Source: Ignavibacteriales bacterium (GTDB lineage Bacteria; Bacteroidota; Ignavibacteria; UBA10030; UBA6906). From it: a DNA stretch of 64,000 nt. Shown piece by piece: positions 9,018 through 19,170 of the stretch. Numbering within the stretch: position 1 is the first letter of the stretch; the number at the start of each line of letters is the position of its first letter. The stretch is taken from assembly GCA_037441705.1 (NCBI GenBank), contig JBBIRR010000005.1:1-64000 (forward strand), read 5' to 3'. Made by a program: the position numbers and the translations under genes. The notes under the pieces are model-generated. The model was not told the DNA's origin. It was given only the letters and a program-made list of their open reading frames with translations, and made no database searches.

Positions 9018-10793
9018 ATGAACGTCGGTAAAGGTTTTCGGACACCGCAAGCTGTTTCCTTCGCCCTTCTTGCGCTTGCCGCGGCGGTCTTTTTTACGTG
9101 CAAGTTTCCTAACGAGCCGGTCAAGGGTAATACGTTCCCCGAAACGCGGCTGGCAAACGTTCCTGTTGATGATACGGTCGCCCTCTACATCAATCTCAAT
9201 GCGTTTCCCGAGATCACATTGAACTGGTTGGGCGACGATCCCGACGGCTACATTATTGCCTACCGCTATCGCTGGACGGACTATATTCGCGGCGTTGCAG
9301 TCAATCAGACGCCGTGGACCACGGTGCTGAACATCTCGCGGCCCGGCTGGCAAAATGTGATCGGCGTGAAAGGTTCGCCCGGATCGTTGTTCCGGATTTA
9401 CAATTATCTGGTCACGCTGGCGCCAACAGACACGGCAATTATCAATCGCATTGCCGACTCCCTCACAACCATGCGGCCCTTTGCCGTGCCGTACAAGACC
9501 GGTGTGATACCGACCGATTCCATTGTCGGGATGGATCCGCTGCAGCTGCTCTCGCCGACACGCGGCACGTTCATCTTCTTTTCCCCGGTCGATAGCAATC
9601 AGCATCGTTTCGAGGTCTCCTCGATTGATAATAACGATGCGATAGATCCCTCGCCGGCACGGGTGAATTTCTGGACGCTCATCTCTCCCGGATCTGTTGC
9701 CGTGATTGATGCTATCCCTCCGGCAAATTCGCTTACGACCCTCGTCCCGACGGAGCGATTCCCGGGTCTGCGCTTTGCGTTCCGGTCTCTTGATCCGAAC
9801 AACACCACCGACCTGTACTTCTCCTGGGCTGTTGACGATACGACACGCTGGTCGCAATGGACACAGGACGGTTTTGCGTATGTCACCGGGCGGGACTTCA
9901 ATCCGGTTGCTTCCGGCCGTCACAGATTCTACGTGCGTGCTCGAAATCGCTGGGGTGTTATCAGTGTCCCTGCTGAGACGTCGTTTACGGCGATTATTCC
10001 CGATTTCGTTCTGCCGAACTACCAGCCGCGCATCCTGCTGGTCAATGCGACACCCCCACCGGGTGTGCTGGCCCGTGGGTTAGACACGAATGCTGTTCGT
10101 GCTTTTTACACAGAGGTGATGGACTCGATCGGCAAGGCAGGCAAGTATGACTTCCTGCATCTGGCGCCGGCTCCGCTGACACGCTTCCCAACGGATACCG
10201 TGCTCGGCAAATACTCGCTTGTCATTTATATGCTGGAAACCAATCTGCCTGTGCTCGGCGCGGCAGCGCAATATCGGCTGCAGGCAGGCAACCAAACGCT
10301 GTTTGCTCGCTATCTTGATGTCGGCGGAAATCTGATCATCAGCGGTGTGCCCGATCCTCAGCGCGGAATTGCAAACTTCACGCAAGTCAACAGCTTTGCT
10401 CACACGTATCTTCACATCCAACCTCCTCAAGGACCATTGGCATTCTATCAGAATAACCTTCGCGATTTCGTCGGCGCCAAAGGTTTCTTTGGGCACCCCA
10501 ACGTTCCCGTTGATCCGACGCGGCTGCCTCCGGATTCCACAGGAGGACTCTGGCAGATTGCACTGAGTTTCGCGACAGGGTTTGCAGACAATCCCTATAC
10601 ATTCGACTCCGGAAGAGACTCATTGGGATTCGAGAACCTGCCGGTGAGTGTTCGGTTCCAGGCACCGGAAACACCGCCGCCCGGCGAACCAAGGACGTAT
10701 TCGACATTTTACTTCGGATTTCCATTGTATTATTGTCAGAAGAGTGCAGTGATTGAGGCCATGCGAAAGGCGGTGAGCGATGTTTACCACTAA
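9018..10793 (+). CDS. Large putative lipoprotein with Ig/FN3-like segments
   Basis: Signal ending VFFT-C; FPETRL...LNWLGDDPDG..AYRYRW, HRFEVSSIDN, HRFYVRARN beta-sandwich motifs; alpha/beta C-terminal domain (YLDVGGNLIISG). Confidence 0.7.
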   Translation: MNVGKGFRTPQAVSFALLALAAAVFFTCKFPNEPVKGNTFPETRLANVPVDDTVALYINLNAFPEITLNWLGDDPDGYIIAYRYRWTDYIRGVAVNQTPWTTVLNISRPGWQNVIGVKGSPGSLFRIYNYLVTLAPTDTAIINRIADSLTTMRPFAVPYKTGVIPTDSIVGMDPLQLLSPTRGTFIFFSPVDSNQHRFEVSSIDNNDAIDPSPARVNFWTLISPGSVAVIDAIPPANSLTTLVPTERFPGLRFAFRSLDPNNTTDLYFSWAVDDTTRWSQWTQDGFAYVTGRDFNPVASGRHRFYVRARNRWGVISVPAETSFTAIIPDFVLPNYQPRILLVNATPPPGVLARGLDTNAVRAFYTEVMDSIGKAGKYDFLHLAPAPLTRFPTDTVLGKYSLVIYMLETNLPVLGAAAQYRLQAGNQTLFARYLDVGGNLIISGVPDPQRGIANFTQVNSFAHTYLHIQPPQGPLAFYQNNLRDFVGAKGFFGHPNVPVDPTRLPPDSTGGLWQIALSFATGFADNPYTFDSGRDSLGFENLPVSVRFQAPETPPPGEPRTYSTFYFGFPLYYCQKSAVIEAMRKAVSDVYH

Positions 10794-10812
10794 GGACATG
10801 GGAGAATGCTCT

Positions 10813-13683
10813 ATGAATTCCGTTCGTATGAGTTTTGCCGTGCGTCTCTCGGCACTGGTGCTTGCCGTTGGTGTGTTCGTCACCGCTGTGTACGCGGGGA
10901 CGACCGGAAACCTCAAGGGGAAGGTTACGGATATTTCCGACGGTGAGCCGCTCGTCGGCGTGAACGTGCTTATCGTAGGAAGCGGTCGCGGCGGCAACAC
11001 GAATGAAAAGGGAGAGTTCCTGATAGCCGGTATCGCTCCCGGAAAATACACCCTGCGAGTTTCGGCGGTGGGATACAAAACTGTTGAAGCACGCAACGTG
11101 GTCATCGAAGTTGATGAAACGACCGTGTACAACGTCAAGATGGCGGCTGAGGATATCGAGCTCGAAGGCATCACGGTTGAAGGGAAGCGGCCGTTGATCG
11201 ACGTGAAGAAAACAGCCAGCGACCAGACGTTCAATCGCGACAAGATCGAGCAGCTCCCGAATTTGAAAGGCGTCAGCGACGTCTTGACGCTGCAGGCAGG
11301 AGTCGTCAAGTTTGGAAATCAGCTGTTCCTGCGCGGCGGACGAGCCAACGAAACACAAATCATGATTGATGGCGTTGTCGTGAACGACGTCAGCGGTGGA
11401 GGCATCAACGCCGATAACGCCAACCAACTCCTCCAGCAACTCTACTCAGGCAGCGCCACGACCGGAGCCGGTGTTCCGGCGGAAGCCATTCAGTCTGTCA
11501 GTACTTCTTCCAGCGGTTTGGACGCGGAGTTCGGAAACGCGCAGTCAGGTGTCGTGAGCATCACAACGAAGACGGGAGCCGAGAAGTACTCCGGCTCGCT
11601 GCAGTATCGCACTGATGGCGTGACATCGAGCAGCTATGGCGAGCGGTATTACTCGGCAAGCCTGAGCGGACCCGAACCGCTGACGGGCTATCTCCTGCCC
11701 GAGCTTGGAGTGGAGATCCCCGGTAAGATGAGTTTCTTCATGAGCGGAAGCTTCAGCCAATCGGACGGACCGTTCAATTACACGCCAAACCGATTCTTCA
11801 ATCCTGTAAAGCGTAAGGTTCGCTTCACCGGGTTCTTCGGACGGCTGCTGAACAACCTCGGCTTTACGTATTCGGATCGGCAGAGCAATGAGTTTGCCTT
11901 CAACGCGAAGGTGACGTACAATTCGGGCGCGAACGACCAGGTCTTCTATAGCTATCGTGCGAATGCCACCTCGTCGCATCCGCTGGTGGGATCGTACGAG
12001 TGGCGCGACCGGTACGACTCGAGTGCCTCTTCCACCAATCTTCAGACAAATGATGTGCTCCAATGGAAGCATTTCTTCGGCACCAACTCGGAGCTTCGAG
12101 CGTATATCAGTCGTCTCGAAATCCAGCGGCTGAATACGATTGGCGGGCTCACGCCCGATCGGTACTCGGCACTGTTTGGGTCAAGCACCTACTACCGCGA
12201 TCCCAACAATGACGGAGTGTATGACGTGGGAAGTTCGCAGTCGTGGTTTCGCGGCAATACGGTTATCTGGAACGCGAAGATCGCGTACGAAGGACAAATC
12301 CATCCCCTTCACTACCTGAAGACGGGCACCGAGTATTACTACCAGCATTTCCAGGCAACACAGATTGTCGTTCCGCTCGCACCCAATCGCTATATTGATC
12401 CCTCCGCGCGAGGAGACTACCCGACGCTTGGTCTGGGTCGGTGGGTGAACAACAACACGCCGAGCCGCGGCGGCATCTGGGTTCAGGACAACATTGATTT
12501 CCCCGGCATCAACATCAAGGCAGGACTGCGGTACGACTACTTCTATCTCGGGAAGCAGGTATTTGATCCTGAATTCATCAAGCGGTATGAAGCAGTGATC
12601 AATGATACTGACCCGACCACACCGGATGCGAAAGCAGATTGGCTCGACAAGAATAGCTTCTGGAAAGCGTTCACGAGCGGAAACTTCAGTCCCCGCCTGG
12701 CAATCTCGTATCCGATTTCCGAGCGGGCAAGCTTCTACTTCAACTACGGGCATCAGCTGCAATACCCCGACCTTGACCAGTATTTCCACGACGCATTCTA
12801 CGACAGCAGTCGCAGCGTCGGCGGCAATCTGGTAGGCAACCCGTCGCTGAAACCCCAGCGAACCGTGCAATATGAAGCCGGCTTCAAACAACTGCTCTTC
12901 GAGGACCTGTCGTTGCAAATTACCGGCTTCTATAAGGACGTGTTTGACTACGCAACCCAGCAAGAGTTGCGTTTGAGCGGCAGGAGAGTATATCGTTATA
13001 CCAATCTCGACTACGCAAGCACGAGAGGCTTTGAAGTCATTATTGAGAAGGGCCTCAGCGATCACTACTCGGGAAGCATCAACTATACGTTCCAGCTGGC
13101 AAAAGGGCGAGCCGCTGATCCCAACATCGTCCAGGTGACGCCGGGAATCGCAGGGCTGCCCCGTGAGACTCGCTTAGATTATGATCAGCAACATACGATC
13201 AATCTCTTTGTGGGTTATCGCGTGAAGCCGGGCGAAGACTACACCCTGTTTGGGATCCCGTTCGATAACTTCAGTGCCTCGATCACGTGGCGATTCGGGA
13301 GCGGCTTCCCGTACACGCCGTTCAATCTCGGCGGAACACTTGCCGACCAATACCTGCGCAACACAGGCGATGGACCCTACACCTCCGAGTTCAACGTCTC
13401 TCTGGAAAAGGGATTTGAATTCTTCAGTGCTCTGAACGTCCTGTTCAAACTCGATGTGATCAATTTGTTCAATCGTCGGAATGTGAACATGAGCGCGGGC
13501 GGGTTCAATACCTTTACCGGTGCGCCGTACGTCTTCGGCGATTTCGACCCGGGTGTGGCGCAGCGGTATATTTATCCGTGGACCGGTCAGCAGGGCTACG
13601 TCTCATTCGATTCGCGCGTCCCGCCGTTCGTTCTCGGCAGCCCGCGTCAGATTCTGTTTGGAATGAAAGTAACATGGAACTAA
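10813..13683 (+). CDS. TonB-dependent receptor with N-terminal carboxypeptidase-regulatory-like domain
   Basis: Signal peptide; GNLKGKVTD..GEPLVGVNV; plug LRGGRANE..IDGV and AEFGNAQSGVVSITTK; GLRYDYF, FSPRL, GNPSLKPQRT..YE, NLFNRRN; aromatic C-terminal strand. Confidence 0.92.
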   Translation: MNSVRMSFAVRLSALVLAVGVFVTAVYAGTTGNLKGKVTDISDGEPLVGVNVLIVGSGRGGNTNEKGEFLIAGIAPGKYTLRVSAVGYKTVEARNVVIEVDETTVYNVKMAAEDIELEGITVEGKRPLIDVKKTASDQTFNRDKIEQLPNLKGVSDVLTLQAGVVKFGNQLFLRGGRANETQIMIDGVVVNDVSGGGINADNANQLLQQLYSGSATTGAGVPAEAIQSVSTSSSGLDAEFGNAQSGVVSITTKTGAEKYSGSLQYRTDGVTSSSYGERYYSASLSGPEPLTGYLLPELGVEIPGKMSFFMSGSFSQSDGPFNYTPNRFFNPVKRKVRFTGFFGRLLNNLGFTYSDRQSNEFAFNAKVTYNSGANDQVFYSYRANATSSHPLVGSYEWRDRYDSSASSTNLQTNDVLQWKHFFGTNSELRAYISRLEIQRLNTIGGLTPDRYSALFGSSTYYRDPNNDGVYDVGSSQSWFRGNTVIWNAKIAYEGQIHPLHYLKTGTEYYYQHFQATQIVVPLAPNRYIDPSARGDYPTLGLGRWVNNNTPSRGGIWVQDNIDFPGINIKAGLRYDYFYLGKQVFDPEFIKRYEAVINDTDPTTPDAKADWLDKNSFWKAFTSGNFSPRLAISYPISERASFYFNYGHQLQYPDLDQYFHDAFYDSSRSVGGNLVGNPSLKPQRTVQYEAGFKQLLFEDLSLQITGFYKDVFDYATQQELRLSGRRVYRYTNLDYASTRGFEVIIEKGLSDHYSGSINYTFQLAKGRAADPNIVQVTPGIAGLPRETRLDYDQQHTINLFVGYRVKPGEDYTLFGIPFDNFSASITWRFGSGFPYTPFNLGGTLADQYLRNTGDGPYTSEFNVSLEKGFEFFSALNVLFKLDVINLFNRRNVNMSAGGFNTFTGAPYVFGDFDPGVAQRYIYPWTGQQGYVSFDSRVPPFVLGSPRQILFGMKVTWN

Positions 13684-13685
13684 TT

Positions 13686-15662
13686 ATGAAAACGTCGACG
13701 AAATACGTCTCTCTTCTTGTTGCGGTGTTCCTGACCGGATACTCCACGCAAGCGCAAAACGTTGTCAGCGTGCGGACGGGATTCTCGATGCGCGTACAAA
13801 TGGATAACCTCGGTGTCATGGGACGCCAGGCCTTCCCCGGCGGGAGTCCGGCACCCTCCAGCGGTTTGATTGGGCTGGAATACCCGTTAGGCTCTCCGTA
13901 CGAGCATCTGTTCGGTTCCGGTGTGTGGGTGGGCGGACTTCTTGATACCGCTCGCATTGGAACCTCTCCGCAGATTCGCGGGGTCTCGGTTGCGTACGAA
14001 GGCTGGGCAGGCCCGCTGAATGAGTTCTTTCCAGGAAACACGCCTGCCGATACCATCTGGCATGGAGGGAGGCGAATTCCGAAACCGGCAGGTTGGGACG
14101 ACTACTGGGGAGGTCAGCTTGAATACAGGCCCATTGCCGACGATGAGCGCTACATGCGCTACAATGATTACACGCGTCGCGTCACGGGTCACGTGCCGCT
14201 GAATCTCGAGGTCATCCAACGATCATACACCTGGGATGATCCGTACGCCGACGCGATCATGATTCTTGAGTATACAATTTACAATCGCGGCTTTAAGCCG
14301 ATTGATAGCACGTACATAGGCTTCTTCTTCGAAGCGGACGTTGGTCCTCTCGCTGCACCCAACTACTGGCAGCGGAACTTTACGGGCTACTACTCGAGTA
14401 TCCGCACGGCCTACGTCCACAACCCATCCGACCGAGGTTCGACGCCGGCAGGAATCGCCCACATTGATACCACGTCCGAGGATCCGAATCTGCGGTACTC
14501 GTTCCGCTGGTTCCCCGGTCCGCAAACACCGCCGAACGATGCGGGGAAGTACGCGTTGATGAGTTCGGGCATCATCAATCCGGATGAGTTTCCAAGCCTG
14601 TCGGATACGCGCTTCGTTCTGTCCTTCGGTCCGTACAACAACTTCCGACCGTATGCAACCTCGCGGGACAGTTTGGTGATTGCCATCGCTGTCGTGTCGG
14701 GATTCGATCGCGCAGGAAATCACCTCCGTGTTCTGCAGCGTAATGCGCGGCGCGCATTGCTCATCTATCGAAACAAAGGCATTCAACTTCCGGCTACGCC
14801 GCCCTCGCCTCCGCTGCGAGTCGAGGTAGGATTCCGTCAGGTAAAACTGAACTGGCGTTGGACGCCGGCAGATTCCGTCGGGCCGAATGGACGGCCGAAT
14901 CCCGAAGAGAATTGGGATACGACCAGCATTGTCGCCCGTCGGTATCCATGGCGCTACGCGCCGCCGTATCCGCCGGGAATTGATCCTAACCGAGGCGGCA
15001 GGAATTTCGAAGCCTATCGCATCTGGCGCAGCGAAAACCCCGAATCACCCGACGAAAGCTTTACACTCATCAAGCAGGTGGATGAGCCGCGAGATTCGTT
15101 CGAGTTCAACACGGGGCTTGAGTATGAATTCATCGACACGAATCTCGTGCGTGGGAAGACATACGTCTATTCTGTAACGTCGCTTTCCATTCCGGAGCTG
15201 GTCGAGGTCCGGATTACGCGAGGCGGTCAGACCTTCACGGTTGAAGTACCGGTCGAGCCGCTTGAATCGCGACTCTCGACAAACAAGGTTCGTGTGGACT
15301 TACCCTTCTCTGTCTCTCGGAAGGTGGGCGAGGTTGCCGTCGTTCCTAACCCCTATCGAACCGATCATAGTTACACGCTCGAGAGCGGAGGGTACGAAGG
15401 ACTTAACTCCAGATGGGATGAAAACAAACGGTTGGTGAAATTCATTAACCTGCCGGAGAAGTGTACCATCAAGATCTACTCACTCGCCGGCGACCTTGTC
15501 AGGACGGTCGAGCACGACGGAGGAGGCGGTCCGTTCCCGCGCGGAGATGTTGATGTGCCTTTGTTGAGTGAAAGCAATCGGGCGCTTGCAAGCGGGATTT
15601 ATATCTTTACCGTCGAATCGCAGTACGGGCTTCAAACTGGCAAATTTGTGATCATTCGATGA
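13686..15662 (+). CDS. Secreted protein with FN3-like region and T9SS-like C-terminal sorting domain
   Basis: Sec signal; FEAYRIWRS...YVYSVTS; C-terminus VAVVPNPY...KFINLP..CTIKIYSLAGDLVR...ASGIYIF...GKFVIIR. Confidence 0.8.
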   Translation: MKTSTKYVSLLVAVFLTGYSTQAQNVVSVRTGFSMRVQMDNLGVMGRQAFPGGSPAPSSGLIGLEYPLGSPYEHLFGSGVWVGGLLDTARIGTSPQIRGVSVAYEGWAGPLNEFFPGNTPADTIWHGGRRIPKPAGWDDYWGGQLEYRPIADDERYMRYNDYTRRVTGHVPLNLEVIQRSYTWDDPYADAIMILEYTIYNRGFKPIDSTYIGFFFEADVGPLAAPNYWQRNFTGYYSSIRTAYVHNPSDRGSTPAGIAHIDTTSEDPNLRYSFRWFPGPQTPPNDAGKYALMSSGIINPDEFPSLSDTRFVLSFGPYNNFRPYATSRDSLVIAIAVVSGFDRAGNHLRVLQRNARRALLIYRNKGIQLPATPPSPPLRVEVGFRQVKLNWRWTPADSVGPNGRPNPEENWDTTSIVARRYPWRYAPPYPPGIDPNRGGRNFEAYRIWRSENPESPDESFTLIKQVDEPRDSFEFNTGLEYEFIDTNLVRGKTYVYSVTSLSIPELVEVRITRGGQTFTVEVPVEPLESRLSTNKVRVDLPFSVSRKVGEVAVVPNPYRTDHSYTLESGGYEGLNSRWDENKRLVKFINLPEKCTIKIYSLAGDLVRTVEHDGGGGPFPRGDVDVPLLSESNRALASGIYIFTVESQYGLQTGKFVIIR

Positions 15663-15670
15663 GATCCGTT

Positions 15671-16600
15671 ATGAAAAAGTATATATCATTTCTCGCCGTC
15701 ATTGGAGTCTTGTGCGCGGCAACGGCCTGGGCCGGGAACCGGAGCGGCGCCGTGACGGGACAATTCTTGAAACTCCCGATCAATGCCCGAGCGACGGCTA
15801 TGGGCAATGCGCAGGTGGCGCTGGCGGAGGGTGCCCTGTCCATTCCCTTCAACCCGGCAGGCACGCTCAGTATTTCATCGTTCGCCTTCGGCGCAACCTA
15901 CAACCAATGGTGGGCGGATATCTCGCATTCCTTTGTCGGAGCGGCCGTGAACCTCGATGACATCGGCACGATCGGTGTCGGGCTCGTGGCCCTCACAACG
16001 GATGACATGCTCGTTCGCACGCCGGCCTTTCCCGAAGGAACGGGAGAAAAATTCCGCGTCGTGGAGGTTGCCTACACCGTATCGTACGCACGACGAATCA
16101 GCGAGCAGTTTGGCATCGGGCTGAGCGCGAAGATCATTCGCTCCAACCTCTACAACGAAGAACTGAAAGCCCACTCATTTGCCTTCGATATCGGCACGCT
16201 GTACGATGTGGAGGTGCTGCGAACCCGTCTCGGCATTTCGGTCAATAACCTGGGGCAAGACCTCACGTACATCAACGAAACCTACTCGCTGCCCACGGCA
16301 TTGCGATTCGGTGCCCGAACGACGATTCTCGAGGACGAAACCAACAGGCTCTATCTTGCCACGCAAATCGGGCGACCCAATGATGCTGACGAACAGTACC
16401 ATGTGGGTCTGGAGTATACGCTGTTCAACACCGTGTCGCTTCGGTCAGGATATCGGTTCAATTTCGATGAAGAAACGTGGAGTGCCGGCGTCGGAATGAA
16501 CCTCTCCAGCTTGGGGGTGGACGGTCACGTGGATTATGCATACACGAATTATCGCACGCTCCCCGGTACGCACATGTTTTCCCTTGAATTAGCCTTCTGA
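15671..16600 (+). CDS. PorV/PorQ (UPF0164)-like outer-membrane beta-barrel
   Basis: QFLKLPINARATAMGNA...FNPAG hallmark; FDIGTLY, NNLG, LPTALRFG, LRSGY, DYAY; terminal Phe. Alternative start 15659. Confidence 0.85.
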   Translation: MKKYISFLAVIGVLCAATAWAGNRSGAVTGQFLKLPINARATAMGNAQVALAEGALSIPFNPAGTLSISSFAFGATYNQWWADISHSFVGAAVNLDDIGTIGVGLVALTTDDMLVRTPAFPEGTGEKFRVVEVAYTVSYARRISEQFGIGLSAKIIRSNLYNEELKAHSFAFDIGTLYDVEVLRTRLGISVNNLGQDLTYINETYSLPTALRFGARTTILEDETNRLYLATQIGRPNDADEQYHVGLEYTLFNTVSLRSGYRFNFDEETWSAGVGMNLSSLGVDGHVDYAYTNYRTLPGTHMFSLELAF

Positions 16601-16605
16601 TTGCC

Positions 16606-17433
16606 ATGAAACGAATCGCTCCTTTTACAATTCTCTCGATCCTGCTGGCTTTTGCACTCCCGTCGTGCGAGCTTGTTACCGAGAATCCGCCGGAGCCCAT
16701 TCTCAAGCCGGCAAACCACTTTGTGATCAACGAGGTGTTCACCCTTCCCAAAACGCACCAGCGAGCCTTCTCGTGGATTGAGATGTACAACCCTACGCGG
16801 GACACCATTGATCTTGATGAGTGGGCGATCGCGTTTCGCTCAACCGGTCAGCTCACCCGCTACGCCGTAGATTCTCTGGGGAGACCGATCTTTGCCTCCA
16901 TTGTCGTTTTGCGACAGGGCGAAGGGGAATGGGAGATTCCCTTCAAAGCTGTAGAACAAGGAAGAAAAGTGTTTCCATTTGAATTTGCGACCATCACCAA
17001 CAATGAAGAACGGTTGCTCTCCTACACCGATTATGGCTTAGGCCTCGGACCGAAGCTTGAGGCAAGCAGGACGTTTGTGTGGGAACAATTCTTCGAAAAC
17101 CCCGACACGACTCGACCCGACACGGTGTTGCAGTTGGCGCTCGACTTTCAGCTCGAAACCACCGACCAGATTTTGCTCAAGCGCTACACGCAGCAGAACC
17201 CTCAGGGAGAAGTGATTGACGTTGTCCGCTACGGAAACTATGTGTACACCGGTGGAGCGGACCCCTACCCGAATTGCCGATCCATTGGAGTGATTCCTGA
17301 GTTTCAATCCATCGCGCGATACAACGGCGCATACGATACAGGAAACACCGCGGAGGATTTTTACAGAACCGGCATCGACGTTCCCGGTACCCGCCCAATT
17401 CCCCATTGGTTGAGTCAGGCGTACAAGCAGTGA
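16606..17433 (+). CDS. Lamin-tail-domain (LTD)-like lipoprotein
   Basis: Lipobox LPS-C; FVINEV...WIEMYNPT..TIDL..W is the LTD signature; SIARY..YDTGN..DF. Confidence 0.75.
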   Translation: MKRIAPFTILSILLAFALPSCELVTENPPEPILKPANHFVINEVFTLPKTHQRAFSWIEMYNPTRDTIDLDEWAIAFRSTGQLTRYAVDSLGRPIFASIVVLRQGEGEWEIPFKAVEQGRKVFPFEFATITNNEERLLSYTDYGLGLGPKLEASRTFVWEQFFENPDTTRPDTVLQLALDFQLETTDQILLKRYTQQNPQGEVIDVVRYGNYVYTGGADPYPNCRSIGVIPEFQSIARYNGAYDTGNTAEDFYRTGIDVPGTRPIPHWLSQAYKQ

Positions 17434-17458
17434 AATCTGCGCTCGGCATGAGAACGGA

Positions 17459-17490
17459 AAAAGGTCGGCTTATGGCCGACCTTTTCTTTC
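17459..17490. terminator. Probably bidirectional intrinsic terminator
   Basis: AAAAGGTCGGC-TTATG-GCCGACCTTTT-CTTTC between convergent genes. Confidence 0.85.
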
Positions 17491-17557
17491 GTCTGCCCGG
17501 AAAGGCACAGTCGTGGACGTCCGAAAGAAGCCTGAGCGATGATGGATGAGGGAGTGC

Positions 17558-18169
17558 TCATAGGAAGTCTGTCGGGCCGGCACCTTCGCGGACGATAACC
17601 GGCGTATCGCTCGTGAGATCAACAACGGTAGATGGGTCGGAGAGGAGGATGCCGCCGTCAATGATCAACTCGACGCGGTTGCGGAAGTGGCGTGCGATCT
17701 CTTCCGGGTTGTTCAGAATCTGACCGTCATCCGTCGTCACACTCGTGCTCAGGATCGGATGTCCCAGCGAACGGACGAGAGCGAGCGTAATAGGGCTGTT
17801 CGGAACTCTGATGCCTACCGTTCGTCGCTTCGAGACCAGAATCTTGGGAAGTTGTTTCATGCGCGCTGCGGGCAGGATGAACGTGTACGGACCCGGGATC
17901 AATCGCTTCATCAACTTGAAGGCGGTATTGCTGACGTGAGCGTACTCGCTGATGTGCGTCAGGTCGGCACACACAAAGCTGAACGGTTTGTCCTGACGCT
18001 GCCGTTTGATGAGGTAGATCTTTTCGATAGCGTTCTTGTCTTCAACGCTGCAGCCTAAGCCGTACACCGTGTCGGTGGGGTAAATGATCACACCGCCTGC
18101 TTGAAGAATCTCGGTTGCGCGGGCAATGTGTCGCGGCTCGGGATTGACGGGGTGGATGCGGAGAATCAC
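17558..18169 (-). CDS. Sua5/YciO/YrdC family protein (threonylcarbamoyl-AMP synthase-like)
   Basis: IHPVNPEPR, YPTDTVYGLGC, PGPYTFIL, VGIRVP, PSTVVDL. Probable GTG start at 18169. Confidence 0.9.
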   Translation of the reverse strand: MILRIHPVNPEPRHIARATEILQAGGVIIYPTDTVYGLGCSVEDKNAIEKIYLIKRQRQDKPFSFVCADLTHISEYAHVSNTAFKLMKRLIPGPYTFILPAARMKQLPKILVSKRRTVGIRVPNSPITLALVRSLGHPILSTSVTTDDGQILNNPEEIARHFRNRVELIIDGGILLSDPSTVVDLTSDTPVIVREGAGPTDFL

Positions 18170-18247
18170 GTCGTTTGTTGTGACGATGGTGAAGAATGTC
18201 CGCAGGCAATAAACAACAATGTCCTTCCAATCGCAAGTGTCTCCGGT

Positions 18248-19036
18248 ATGGGAGAATTGGTGAAAAACAGGAAGATGAAGCAGAGAACCGCCGGTTCGGA
18301 CTGGCACTTTACAACGTGGGAAACCATTCGAGCAATCATCATTGCCTGTCGCTGTCTTGTCGTCCTGTTCTGTATCTTCGTCGTATTCATTCCGCTCTCA
18401 CTCCTTTTTAAGAAACAGGTGTATGACGGTTTGCTGCGCCGAGCGGCACGCGTGTTCTTGCGTGCGGCAGGTGTCCGCGTAAAGCGAATAACGGGTCTGG
18501 AACACATTGACCCGCACGAGCCGTACATCGTCACGCCGAACCATGTGAACATGCTTGAGCCGTTCATCTATCAGGGATACTATCCCTATCTTCTGCGCGG
18601 GTTGGAGAAGAAAGAGAACTTCCGGATTCCCATCTGGGGACAGTTCATGCGTGCCATCGGCCAGATCGAAGTTGACCGCGAGAATGCCGTGAAGGCCATC
18701 GCGAGCATGCAGGAGGTGGCCCGGGTGCTGCGCGAGGAGAGAACGTCCGTTCTCGTGCTGCCCGAAGGAACGCGCACGCCGGATGGGCGTCTGCAGCCAT
18801 TCAAACGCGGGCCGTTCAAGACTGCAGCGGAAGCCGGTGTTCGTATCCTTCCGATGTGTTGTAAAGGATTGTACGCGATCAATCGGAAAGGAGATTGGCG
18901 CATCAAGCCCGGTGAAATTGAAATCATCATCGGCAAGCCTCTCGGTCCGCCGGACGCGAGCCTGGAATCACAGCATGCCATCAGCGCAGAACTTCGTCGG
19001 TGGATGCTGGACAACCTCGGTGAGGAATCCGCGTGA
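18248..19036 (+). CDS. Lysophospholipid (1-acyl-G3P) acyltransferase, PlsC family
   Basis: N-terminal TM helix; NHVNMLE (HX4D variant), VDR, LPEGTRT, FKRG. Confidence 0.85.
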   Translation: MGELVKNRKMKQRTAGSDWHFTTWETIRAIIIACRCLVVLFCIFVVFIPLSLLFKKQVYDGLLRRAARVFLRAAGVRVKRITGLEHIDPHEPYIVTPNHVNMLEPFIYQGYYPYLLRGLEKKENFRIPIWGQFMRAIGQIEVDRENAVKAIASMQEVARVLREERTSVLVLPEGTRTPDGRLQPFKRGPFKTAAEAGVRILPMCCKGLYAINRKGDWRIKPGEIEIIIGKPLGPPDASLESQHAISAELRRWMLDNLGEESA

Positions 19037-19170
19037 TAAGCGGTTCATCGTACGTCCTCCTGTTTCTCTGTACACGTGAGCTATCTGTGGTCATCATCAC
19101 GGGCACTCTGGCCTCGAAGTTCTATCATAGTTCTGCCTTTCGTTCTTGATCCAATTGCTTGGTGAACCAT

